A stretch of 63,717 nucleotides of DNA, counting the filler, from Octopus bimaculoides (lineage: Eukaryota): the NCBI RefSeq assembly GCF_001194135.2. It is 6 parts of 6 records of this genome, joined end to end, with 100 filler letters (N's around TTAATTAATTAA, not from the genome) between each part and the next. Parts side by side here need not be neighbours in the genome. Positions count along the whole stretch, not along the records: positions 22,943 to 45,969 come from NC_068994.1; positions 46,070 to 57,905 come from NC_068988.1; 4 more parts are not named here. One strand, written 5' to 3'. A program made the position numbers and the translations under genes. Under the pieces are notes generated by a model. The model had not been told where the DNA came from and ran no database searches. It was given only the letters and a program-made list of their open reading frames with translations. Below are positions 36,383 to 48,961 of the stretch, piece by piece (position 1 is the stretch's first letter; every line of letters begins with the position of its first letter).

Positions 36383-37378
36383 NNNNNNNNNNNNNNNNNN
36401 NNNNNNNNNNNNNNNNNNNNNNNNNNNNNNNNNNNNNNNNNNNNNNNNNNNNNNNNNNNNNNNNNNNNNNNNNNNNNNNNNNNNNNNNNNNNNNNNNNNN
36501 NNNNNNNNNNNNNNNNNNNNNNNNNNNNNNNNNNNNNNNNNNNNNNNNNNNNNNNNNNNNNNNNNNNNNNNNNNNNNNNNNNNNNNNNNNNNNNNNNNNN
36601 NNNNNNNNNNNNNNNNNNNNNNNNNNNNNNNNNNNNNNNNNNNNNNNNNNNNNNNNNNNNNNNNNNNNNNNNNNNNNNNNNNNNNNNNNNNNNNNNNNNN
36701 NNNNNNNNNNNNNNNNNNNNNNNNNNNNNNNNNNNNNNNNNNNNNNNNNNNNNNNNNNNNNNNNNNNNNNNNNNNNNNNNNNNNNNNNNNNNNNNNNNNN
36801 NNNNNNNNNNNNNNNNNNNNNNNNNNNNNNNNNNNNNNNNNNNNNNNNNNNNNNNNNNNNNNNNNNNNNNNNNNNNNNNNNNNNNNNNNNNNNNNNNNNN
36901 NNNNNNNNNNNNNNNNNNNNNNNNNNNNNNNNNNNNNNNNNNNNNNNNNNNNNNNNNNNNNNNNNNNNNNNNNNNNNNNNNNNNNNNNNNNNNNNNNNNN
37001 NNNNNNNNNNGCACTCCCCAAACACACACATGCACTTACAAAAACATAGACACATTGAAGGATACGCATGCGTAGACACATACAATAGGAATACAAAATA
37101 CAAAATGGCTGATAGTTAGCAAGGTGAGACACACGTAACAAAGAAGAAAGCAAAGGACCACTGATGAGGTCACAGAAGTGTGACGAAAGAACTCTGGCCG
37201 AAATAGGATTAATGTAATATAATGTAATATAAAGCTGAAGCAAATTAACACCAAATATACAGTGCGTATGTTTTTATTGGCTAAACTGGCAATATGACCA
37301 TCCTCAAGTACAGCAACATCTGTTTCAACACACGATTTCACATAAAAAATCTTGCAAAGCAAATATATAAACGGAATT

Positions 37379-37662
37379 GAAAAAATTAAACATCTTATTG
37401 AATCTGATAACATTTTTATAACAAATTATACCATGCCTATTTAGGAGGCCAAATGTGAATTTGTACCAAATTCACTCACAAGGCTTTGGTTGGCCCGAGG
37501 CTATAGTAGAAGACACTTGCCTAAAGTGCCATGCAGTGGCTGAACCCGGAGATCCTTTTGATTCAATACTTCAACACATTGTTGACATTTGGCTTCCTAA
37601 ATAGGCATGGTATAATTTTTTATAAAAATGTTGTCAGATTCAATAAGATGTTTAATTTTTTC
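37379..37662. repeat. 78-bp near-perfect inverted repeat around a 128-bp spacer
   Basis: 37379-37456 and the reverse complement of 37585-37662 differ at 3 positions. The spacer includes a SINE B fragment (about 37468-37550). Confidence 0.9.
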
Positions 37663-38608
37663 AGTCACCATGTTAATTAATTTTTTTCAGTTTTCATGTT
37701 TATTAATTTTTCATGTTTTGTCTTGTTTTATTGAGGGTTAAACATTCTTTTGTAGTTGAGGGAGATGACCAGAAGTACTGATATCTCTCGTAAAACGGTG
37801 GAGATAACCCGATTTCTTAATGAGGGTGAGATAACCAAAAAGTACCCCAAAATACTCGAACTGTGTACATACACACACGTATATACAAAGTCACAGACAC
37901 ACTATTACCAAGTCACTCACACACATTATGTACACACGTATGCAATATACATAGTTACATATAAGGTGGCGATCTGGCAGAATCGTTGCGTCAGACAAAA
38001 TGCTTTACAACATTTCTTCTAGCCCTTTACGTTCTGTGTTCAAATGCCCCCAAAGTCAAGTTTCCCTTTTTTATCCTTTCGGGGTCGATCTTACTGACAT
38101 CCCCCTACCCTAAAAATTGTTGGCCTTGTACCAAAATTATGAAGACTATACATACCCGCATATAGCTACACGGATATAAATATATTCTGGGGCATAGAAT
38201 ACTCTTCCAAACTTATCACACTTCTTCTTCCTCCACCTATCGGGGTAGACAGCCAAATGTATAATTAATCCTAAGGAATTGCTTATTAAGTAAACTCTCC
38301 ATCACCACTATCGCAACTGCCACTATCACCACCATACCAATACGTATCTCACCTCGGCCATCAGAACTATCACTTCCATCTCCATCCTCATTATCACACT
38401 TACCATATTGCCCCTCACCAATTATTTCCACCCTACAAATAACAAGCACCATCATGAACACTACCATAATCACAACTGCCATAAACACCACGAAAAAGAG
38501 ACTTATCCCTACTATCCCGTCACCTACCAACCACTAATCAGACTTTATTTCATTCATTTATGAAGTTGATGGGGGTTCTGTACTGAAATGACCTTTCCAA
38601 CAACAACA

Positions 38609-38647
<39 letters not shown>

Positions 38648-38659
38648 GCTACTACTACT

Positions 38660-39008
38660 GGCATCTGCGCAAGATCACAAAAGTGGAGGAGGGACTAATA
38701 TTAGTAGCTAATGTGAGATTATAATTAATCAACGTTGGCGGGATCTGAACTCAAAATGTAGATGAGTGACAAAATAATAATAATCCTTTCATCTAAAGGC
38801 ATAAGGCCTGAAATTTGGCGGGAGGGGTAAGTCGATTTTATCGACCCCTGTGTTTCACTAGTACTTAATTTATTGACCCTGAAAGAATGAAAAGCAAATT
38901 CGACCTCGGCGGAATTTGAATTCAGAACGTTAAGACGGACGAAATACCGCTAAGCATTTTACCCAGCGTGCTAACTATTCTGCCAGCTCACCACCTTAGT
39001 AGTAGTAA

Positions 39009-39042
<34 letters not shown>

Positions 39043-39377
39043 CCTTTACTATAGGTACAAGGCCTGAAATTTGGGGGAGGGGATAATCGATTACATCGAC
39101 CCCAGTGTTCCACTGGTACTTAATTTATCGACTCCGAAAGGATGAAAGGCAAAGTCGACCTCGGCGGAAGTTGAACTCAGAGCGAAGCGGCAGATGAAAC
39201 ACCGCTAAACATTTCGCCCGACGTGCTAACGATTCTGCCAGCTCACCGCCTTAATAATAATAGTAATAATCCTTTCTACTGGAAGCACAAAGCCTCAAAT
39301 TTTGGGGAAGGGTGCGTAACTAGTACTTATTTAATCGACCCGAAAGGATGAAAGGCAAAGACTACCACGGCAGAATT

Positions 39378-39434
<57 letters not shown>

Positions 39435-39758
39435 GTTTTAAATGTTGGCACAAAGGCAGTCATTTTGGGGGAGATGACTCGATTACATTGACCTCAGTGT
39501 TCAACTGGTACTTACTTTACCGACACTGACACGGTGAAAGGCAAAGCCATCCTTTCTACTGGAGGTACATGGCCTGAAATTTGTGGGGAGGGAGTAAGTC
39601 CATTACATCGAACCCAGTGCTCAACTGGTACTTGTTTTATCGAACTCGAAAGGATGAAAAGCTAAGTCGAACTCGGCGGAATTTTAACTCAGAACGACGG
39701 ACGAAATTCCGCTAAGCATTTTTCCCGGCATGCTAACGATTCTGCCAGCTCACCACCT

Positions 39759-39816
<58 letters not shown>

Positions 39817-40025
39817 CGTAGTCCTCTACTATAGGCAAAAGGCCTGAAATTTTAGGGGAGGTGACTAGTTGATTACATCGACCAAGTATTTCACTGGTAC
39901 CTAATTTATCGACCCCGAAAGTACGAAAGGTAAAGTCGACCACGACCGAATTTTAACTTGGAACCTAATGATAGACGAAATGTCGCTAAACATTTTGCTC
40001 GGTGTGCTAACAATTCTGCCAGCTA
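38660..40025 (-). mobile_element. Head-to-tail array of about seven full or partial SINE family A copies separated by (TAA)n/(TAG)n
   Basis: Units at about 38660-38770, 38785-38996, 39043-39252, 39270-39380, 39434-39548, 39549-39758 and 39818-40024. All are minus-oriented and variably diverged. Confidence 0.9.
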
Positions 40026-40276
40026 ATAATAAATGTAAAAGAAGAAGTAATTGATGCACTTGAAATATCAGCACTCAACTATCAATATGGCTGAAAAAGA
40101 TTGGTGCAAGTGTGAAGGTAGAACACCTACAAAAATCAGCATTGCTTGGAACTGCAAGAATTCTTTGCAGGGTTCTTGAAGCATGACCAATAAACACGTG
40201 TCACCTTAGTCTGCTGGTTGTGGATAGCTGACACTTTCCATCATACCCAGTAAAATAAATTGTGTGTTTTCATCAC

Positions 40277-40396
<120 letters not shown>

Positions 40397-42558
40397 TTAA
40401 AACAGAAACAATTCCTATCATAGTAGGCGCCTTAGGTATGATAAAAAAATATTCAGACAAATACATAACAAAAACACCAGGACTTACAAATATATATATC
40501 ATACAGAAAATTGCACTACTGGGCACTGCACACATCCTACGCAAAACACTTTCAATACAGTAACCATTAGAGCATCACAGCAAACCACAGCACATACCCA
40601 AGGCACACAGAGCTGCGCTCGGTAGTGAAGTGAAAGCACGTGATAAAAATAAAACTACTGAATAATAAAAATAATAATAATAATAATGATGATGATGATG
40701 ATGATGATGATGTTGATGATGATGATGAGGAAGAGGAGGAGGAGGAGGATAGTAATGAAAATAATAATAATAGTCATAATCTTTTCTTTATTGGCCACAA
40801 GGACCGGAAACGAAATTAAAGGGGCAATACAAAACAAGGGACGAGGGGGCTAAGCGCAAAAATACGTGTATACAATAAAAACAATAACAATTAACAATAA
40901 CATTTAAACAATAAAATTCCCCAAGGAACCCGGCATCGTCAAAGATATCTATGCAATGCTGGTGGTTTCAACAAATGCTTAGTAACTAAATTAAACAATC
41001 TACAACCTTTACAGACACAAATAAAACAATAAATTTACAAGCTATATGACAAGCGTCCATCCAGTATGAATAATAATAGTCCTTTCTACTATAAGTACAG
41101 GGCCTGAAATTTGCGGGGTGGCAGTCGATTAGATCAACCCCAGTACACAACTGGTACTTATTTTATCAACCCCGAAAGGATGAAAGACACAGTCGACCTC
41201 GACGGAATTTGAACTCAGAACGTACAGACGGACGAAATGTTCTTGTTCTTCAATAACAATACTGTTGGAACAAAAGCCACATTATTTGCCAAACGTCATA
41301 GCCCTCACATGACTGAAATCCAAGACTTCAAAACGCCATTCTTAATTGGAAAGATTATCAGACGGGTAGTCATGATGAGTATCTGGGCTTCGTATATTTT
41401 ATCCCAGTGTCTCTTTGATGGCATGCACTTAACAATAATAATAATAAAGAATACACAAGATGATAATGCAGCATCGTGGGCATGGCTTGTGAGAGGTGAT
41501 TTGAAGCGTACCACCGAAAGCCTGATCATTGCTGCACAAGACCAGGCCCTCGCTACCAATTCAGTGAAGTATAACATCTATAACACTTCTGACACCCAGA
41601 AATGCAGACTCTGTGGAAAGAGTGTGGTAAATATAATCCACTTGGTAAATGGATGTGAGAGCCTTGCACACAAAGAATACAAGCGCCGCCACGATAAAGT
41701 GTGTGTGTATCTTCATTGGCTCTTATGCCGTGAATACCAATATGAAGTAACAGAGAACTGGTATGAGCATGTACCAAGTAAAGTTATGCAGGAGGATGGA
41801 AAAGTAACGATACTCTGGGACTATGATTTTCAGACGGATCATGTAATCGAACACCGTCGGACGGATATTGTCATATTGAATAAGAGAGACAAATACTATA
41901 AGGTCATTGATATAGCCATACCAAATGATACGAATGTTGTGAGTAAAGAGGTTGAAAAAAATCACCAAGTACTCCGAATTGACAGTGGAAATAGCAAGAT
42001 TGTATGGAATGCGAGAGGGTAATGTAAAAGTGATACCAGTGGTGATCGGAGCGTTGGGCTAAATCCTATTGAAACTTCAAAACTTCTTAACGCAACTGGA
42101 AATACCATGGAAGATTGATGTCTTGCAAAAAGCAGCCTTATTGAGCACAGAGGACATCTTAAGGAAATTATTATCTGTCAGGTCCTTGTTGTGACTTGAC
42201 AGATGACTAAAGACTCCGGTGCATTTTTACCTACATTGTTTACGAAAAGATAATAATAAAAATCCTTTCTATTATAGGCACAAGGCCTGAAATTTGGGGA
42301 GGGGGCCAGTCGGTTAGATCGTCGCCAGTACACAACCGGTACTTATTTTATCGACCCCGAAGGGATGAAAGGCAAAGTCGACCTCGGAGGAATTTGAACT
42401 CAGAACGTAAAGACGTACGAAATGCAGTGAAGCATTTTGCCCAGCGTGCTAACTATTCTGCCAGCTTGCCACTTTAAATGATGATAACAAAAGCAGCAGC
42501 AGCAGCAGCAGCAACAGCAACAACAACAACAACAACAACAACAATGATAATAATAATA

Positions 42559-42622
<64 letters not shown>

Positions 42623-42866
42623 ATAACAAAAACACCAGGACTTACAAATATATATAACATACAGAAAATTGCACTACTGGGCACTACACACATCCTACGC
42701 AAAACACTTTCAATACAGTAACCATAAGAGCATTACAGCAAACCACAGCACGTACCCAAGGCACACAGAGCTGCGCTCGGTAGTGAAGTGAAAGCACGTT
42801 ATAAAAATAAAACTACTGAACAATAATAATAATAACAACAACAACAACAACAACAACAACAACGAC

Positions 42867-42922
<56 letters not shown>

Positions 42923-43660
42923 TGATGATGATGATGATAATAATAATAATAATAAAAGATGGAGAAGAAGAGAAGACTTATTGGATGCGAACATATCATT
43001 AGAGCAGAAGAAAACAACATAGCATGGTATGTAAAAAATGCCACAAAACCGCCATTATTAGAAGTAGGAAGGTCAGGCGTGTGCAGGATGAAAGATTACA
43101 CAAAAAATTGAAAACGAATGAAACTGAAAATAGGTGGGTAAAGAAAAGAGTGCATGGACAATTTCATATGGATGTTGAAGATAAGACAGACAGAGAAAAA
43201 AGATGGCTGTGGATGACTAAAAGTAATTTAAAACCGGAGGCTCTAATCTGTGCTGCCTAAGAGCAGGCACTAAGAACAAATTACATAAAATACATAATAG
43301 ACAACATATCAGAAAGTGATAATGCAGAATTTGTGGATAAAATGGTGAAACCGTATGGCTTATTACCAGTCAATGTACGCCACAAAAGCCCAGACGGAAT
43401 ATAAGAGCCGTCACTACAATATAGCAAGGCTTGTCCATTGGACACTTTGCAACATCCATATGAAATTGTCCATCCATTCTTTTCTTTACCCACCTATTTT
43501 CAGTTTCATTCGTTTTCAATTTCTTGTAGTGCTTTACCTTTGCAATCTTACATCCTGCACACGCCTGACCTTCTTACTTCTAATAATGGCGGTTTTGTGG
43601 CATTTTTTACATACCATGCTATGTTGTTCGCATCCAATAAGTCTTCTCTTCTTCCCCATC

Positions 43661-43709
<49 letters not shown>

Positions 43710-44210
43710 GACAGAACAAAAAATTGGTATGACCATAAACCCGAAGCCATCATCGAAAATGATAACGCATAGAACCTGTGGGATTTTATGATTCAGTGCG
43801 ACCAAGAGATAGAGAATAGGAAGCCAGACATAGTCTTAATTGAGAAAGAAAGCAAACTATGCTAGATCATAGATATAGCATGCCCAGCTGACAACAAGGT
43901 ATGCGATAAGGAAGAAAGAAAAGTCGATAGACATGACAGGTTAGCTTGGGAGGTTGAGTAGTTGTGGTCGATGAAAAAGGTAGTAGTAGTATCAATAATT
44001 GTCGGAGCCCTGGGAACAGTGAGTAAAAATCTTGAGAAATACATGGAACAAATAGGGGCTGCAGTAAGGGTGGAGCACTTGCTTGGAACCGCTCGAATAC
44101 TCCGGAAGGTGCTCGAAACATAAGAGGTGTTACCTTAGTTCACTAGTAGTGAACAGCTGACACCATAGTACATCTCCAGCGTTAGAAGCTGTGCAAAGGC
44201 AATAATAATG

Positions 44211-44247
<37 letters not shown>

Positions 44248-44261
44248 TGATGATGATGATG

Positions 44262-44331
<70 letters not shown>

Positions 44332-44918
44332 NNNNNNNNNNNNNNNNNNNNNNNNNNNNNNNNNNNNNNNNNNNNNNNNNNNNNNNNNNNNNNNNNNNNN
44401 NNNNNNNNNNNNNNNNNNNNNNNNNNNNNNNNNNNNNNNNNNNNNNNNNNNNNNNNNNNNNNNNNNNNNNNNNNNNNNNNNNNNNNNNNNNNNNNNNNNN
44501 NNNNNNNNNNNNNNNNNNNNNNNNNNNNNNNNNNNNNNNNNNNNNNNNNNNNNNNNNNNNNNNNNNNNNNNNNNNNNNNNNNNNNNNNNNNNNNNNNNNN
44601 NNNNNNNNNNNNNNNNNNNNNNNNNNNNNNNNNNNNNNNNNNNNNNNNNNNNNNNNNNNNNNNNNNNNNNNNNNNNNNNNNNNNNNNNAGGTATAATAAA
44701 AAAATATTCAGACAAATACATAACAAAAACACCAGGACTTACAAATATATATAACATAGAGAAAATTGCACTACTGGGCACTGCACACATCCTACGCAAA
44801 ACACTTTCAATACAGTAACCATAAGAGCATCACAGCAAACCACAGCACATACCCAAGGCGCACAGAGCTGCGCTCGGTAGTGAAGTGAAAGAACGTTATA
44901 AAAATAAAACTACTGAAC

Positions 44919-44988
<70 letters not shown>

Positions 44989-45610
44989 TTGTCATAGAGA
45001 AGAAACAATAAATCATATTGTCTCTGGCTGTCCAGTCCTGGTTAAGAAGTAATATATTCACAGACACGACAGAGTTGGGACCTATATACACTGGAAGCTA
45101 TGCCAACACTATGGAATAGCAACAGAAAAAAGATGATGTAGGCTCACCCCAGAAACGGTCACAGAAAATGAGAAAGCAATCATAATCTGAGATATGCCAA
45201 TACACACAGATAGAGAAATCAAGGTTAATAGGCCGGATAGAATTATCAAAGAAACAGATACTTTCTAATCGATGTATCAATTCCAACAGATGACAACACT
45301 TCTCTAAAAGAAACGGAGAAACTTTCGAAATATAAAAATCTGGAAATAGAGCTAATTCGAATGTGGAGCAATTCCTATTATAGTAGGCGCATTAGGTATG
45401 ATTTAAAAAAAAACATTCAGACAAATACAGAACTTACAAGTATATATAAGATACAGAAAATAGCACTACTAAGCAGCGCACACATCCTACGTAAAGCATT
45501 TTCAATACAGTGAAAATAAGAGCACCACAACAAACCACAGCACATACTCAAGGCACACAAAACTACGCTTGGTAGTGCAGTGAAAGCACGTGATAAAAAT
45601 AAGACTACTG
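40397..45610 (+). mobile_element. Series of 5'-truncated R4/Dong-like LINE copies embedded in (AAT)n tracts
   Basis: Near-identical 3' stubs at 40397-40660, 42621-42818 and 44690-44915, and a longer copy at 44991-45610 (TIPIIVGALGMIKK...QKIALLGTAHILRKTLSIQ*). Other subfamilies lie at about 40030-40280, 41450-42250 (ESLIIAAQDQAL...CRLCG...HLVNGC...WDYDFQTD...IDIAIPND) and 42955-44200. Confidence 0.88.
40780..40930 (-). mobile_element. Short 3' end of a Tx1/L1-like LINE inserted in a (TAA)n tract
   Basis: The reverse complement ends ...ccggtccttgtggccaataaagaaaagattatgactattatt, the same terminal motif as 32345-32365. Confidence 0.55.
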
Positions 45611-45644
45611 AATAATAATAATAATAATACTAACAATAATAATC

Positions 45645-45969
45645 CACGGAAACGGAAAAACCACAAAACTATAGACCTATAACCTGTCTCCCTACGATCT
45701 ACAAAGCCTTTACTGCAATAATATCGCAGAGATTGAGTAAGCACCTGGAAAATAACAACCTGTTTCCAGAAGAGCAGAAGGGATGCTGCAAGGGCTCATA
45801 CGGCTGTAAAGATCAATTATTGATCAATAAAGCCATAACTGAAGACAGCCGCAGAAAGAAGAAAGGCCTCAGTATGGCCTGGGTGGACTACCAAAAGGCT
45901 TTCAACAGTGTTCCCCACACGTGGATTCTGGAAACACTAGCCATAAATAAGGTGGCACCCATTATCATA
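45645..45969 (+). mobile_element. Open-frame RT fragment of an R4/Dong-like LINE running into a gap
   Basis: EKPQNYRPITCLPTIYKAFTAIISQRLSKHLENNNLFPEEQKGCCKGSYGCKDQLLINKAITEDSRRKKKGLSMAWVDYQKAFNSVPHTW has no stop codon. Confidence 0.88.
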
Positions 45970-46069
45970 NNNNNNNNNNNNNNNNNNNNNNNNNNNNNNN
46001 NNNNNNNNNNNNNTTAATTAATTAANNNNNNNNNNNNNNNNNNNNNNNNNNNNNNNNNNNNNNNNNNNN

Positions 46070-46118
<49 letters not shown>

Positions 46119-46199
46119 CGTATGTATATGTGTGTGCGCATGTGGTTGGCAGTATATGTGTATGTATGTATGTATGTATATATGTATGCATGTATGTTA

Positions 46200-46747
46200 T
46201 TCTGTTACTTGTTTCAGTCATTCGACTGCGGTCATGCTGGAGTACCACCTTAAAGAACTTTTAGTCGCAGAAATCGAACCTAGGACTTATTCTTTGTAAG
46301 CTTAGTACTTATTCTATCATTCCCTTTCGCCGAAACGCTAAGTTACGCGGGCGTAATCACACCAACATATATCAGCGAAGGATATAAATATCTGTTAGTC
46401 TCTTATCTCTTTCTTGCTTCAGTCAGTAAACCGCGATCAAGCTGGAGCACCGCGCTGAAGAATTTTTGTCAAACGAAACGGCCTTATTTGTTTATTTAAA
46501 TTTTAAAGCCTGGTACTTACTCTATCTGTTTTTCTTGCCGAACCGTTAAGTTTCTGGGACCTAAACAAGCCAAGAACGGCTGTTAAGCGGTGACGTAGAC
46601 AAACACAAACGCAAACACACACACACACACACACACGCGCACACACACATANNNNNNNNNNNNNNNNNNNNNNNNNNNNNNNNNNNNNNNNNNNNNNNNN
46701 NNNNNNNNNNNNNNNNNNNNNNNNNNNNNNNNNNNNNNNNNNNNNNN

Positions 46748-46798
<51 letters not shown>

Positions 46799-46968
46799 GC
46801 GTGCGCGATGGGCTTATTTTAGTTTCCGTCCACGAAAGCCACTTACAAGGCTTTGGTTAGCCCGAGGCAACAGTAGAAGACATACCCAAGGTGCCACGTA
46901 GTGGGACTGAACTCGGAACCATGTGATTATGAAGCAAACGTCATACCACGCAGTCGCGCCTGCGCCTA
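46200..46968 (-). mobile_element. Two SINE family B copies (3' half at about 46200-46365; full copy at about 46405-46968 with a (CA)n gap inside)
   Basis: Reverse-complement matches to 7003-7165 and 7360-7550. Confidence 0.8.
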
Positions 46969-47692
46969 TGCTTCGGTACAAATAAATAAATAAATAAATA
47001 AAAAGCTAGAACTCCACCAACGAAATTCCTTGATATATTTGTTCTACATCAAATTACACACACTCCCTTCTCAGATAAGTCATCAGAATAAGAAAAACAG
47101 TTACTGGCCCGTTGCAACCCTGTGTATTAGATTTAGAAAACAGGAGCATTGTCTTTAAACTAATGGTTTTAAACCATCACAGATTACAACAGGCAACAGA
47201 GACAACAAACCCATCATTCGACCTGCCGTCTTAATAATAAAAGACACATTCGATCATATAGTGTCAGATATGTTATATTTAAAAGACAGGATGATCATGA
47301 ATGGAATGTCTTTGATTATAGGTTTACTTCATAATCAGAACTGACATGGGACTTAACAACAATAACAACAATTGCAGCAGCAGCAACAACAAAGGGGACT
47401 AACATTGGAAAGCTGGGGGTTTTGTCAGTTCACTAATAATGGTTTTAAATCTTCATGAAGTTATTCAATATTTGCATAGCTATGGTAGATGTCGTTAATG
47501 CTATGTTTGAACCGATGACGAACACTAGAAATTGTGGAACACGCAGCTTCTCAGATATGTAATCTAACCGACATCGAATTGCACTAAAACTAATGAGCGA
47601 GATATTCCCAGGAAAGCTTATAAACATCTAAAGAAATCTGCTGTCCAGCCCCCACTGGAGAGAAGACAGCCACTAGCCGGAAGAGTCTACAC

Positions 47693-48031
47693 CAAGGGTT
47701 CTCATCCATTTTTTTTTTTACCTATGTACTCCTTTGATTACTATTTTATTCCGGTGGATCCGCATTAAGCATTCTGTATTTAAAACTAATTTTCTAGATG
47801 CTTCTTTCAAAGTTCCTATTTCGTTTTTGACACATTCACTTTTGTAGGTTGAACTCTATAAAATGCAAAAGAAAGAAACCAAACATACTGATACATAAAT
47901 TTAAGGCAAAATTTTTTCAGGGGGCCCTTAAAACACTTGTGAGTCCCCAATTTACTATTTTGTTTCGTGGACCCCCTAAAAGTCTTATATGGACCCTCAG
48001 GGGCCATATGGACCCCGGTTGAGAACCACTG
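47693..48031. mobile_element. hAT (Charlie-like) MITE
   Basis: Termini CAAGGGTTCTCATCC and GGTTGAGAACCACTG. Flanks GTCTACAC and ATCTATGC resemble the NTCTAGAN hAT target. The interior is related to 55222-55558 in opposite orientation. Confidence 0.8.
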
Positions 48032-48064
48032 ATCTATGCCTTCATTACTGCTCATGTCTAAGAC

Positions 48065-48345
48065 CACTAATCTACTGACCGGGGTCTAGGAATACCATAC
48101 CCACCTTCACGTCTAGGTCTTTTCGAAACGGTTCTTCCACGCTACTTGACCCAGGCTGACTGAAGGAGGCAATAAACCTCGTTGCCTTCGAAAAGGAAAG
48201 CAAGCGATTGCCTTTTGGGAATTCTAGTCTCGCTTTTGGTTCCTGCATCCAGACAGTGACTCGAGATCGTTTAGCAGGTGCTTCTGCTTCCACGCCTCAC
48301 TTGACCCGCGAGCATTTATACAATTTATTCTTATTATTGCCATTC
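48065..48345 (-). mobile_element. Tx1/L1-like APE endonuclease N-terminal fragment
   Basis: INCINARG...WKQKHLLNDLESL and, in a shifted frame, RFIASFSQPG...FRKDLDVKVGMVFLDPG. This corresponds to the part just upstream of AIFVDPEG in the 22001-22837 ORF. Confidence 0.65.
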
Positions 48346-48939
48346 CAGAAAGAGAAGAACCAAAAATGATGAATCAGTCATTTACCCTAATCTTGGGTTA
48401 ATCCCTCTTGGGCTCTTTGTACGGGCTTTCTGTGAAAGATATATTAGCAATAAAGGCAGTTTTAATGCGAAGTAATACTTAAACGTGGATGTTTTGTTCG
48501 AAAAAACTAGACTGCAGTAGATATCATTGACAGAAACTCTCATGTTGGCTTTCAGTGCAAAATACATGCTTGTCTATATCGCTAGCGGGGAGATGAACCC
48601 CCACCACCTCCAGCATCGAGACCACGTGGTTTCGACCTTCCTTGGTCTTGTCAATGACGGACGCTCGACTGCGAGTGGCAGAAGCGACTCATCTCATCGC
48701 CAGCATTAAGCAGAAAAACAGTGAAAAACGGTGCCAGGACAGGCGCTGGTGTCTCGATCAGCTAGGGAACTTGTCCGTCATTGACAAGACAAATCCTTAG
48801 AAGGATTTTTTAACATCTTTCTAAGTTTTTGAATCCTACCATATCATGCGATAAACGCTTTTTCAAAGCACGATACATCGCTGGATTCGTTCTTATCAGA
48901 ACACTTCCCTGTGAAGGTACGTTTGTGATTCTGGCTAGG

Positions 48940-48961
48940 GTCACGTGACGTCCTATATAAA
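48940..48961 (+). promoter_or_regulatory. Compact promoter-like motif cluster (palindromic E-box, CRE-like site, TATA box)
   Basis: GTCACGTGAC (48940-48949) overlaps TGACGTC (48946-48952) and is followed by TATATAAA (48954-48961). No transcript evidence. Confidence 0.3.

Noticed and set aside
36268-37243. Long ORFs of 200-325 aa here and at about 56450-57550 and 59729-60496
   Set aside because: They consist mostly of X residues from N runs.
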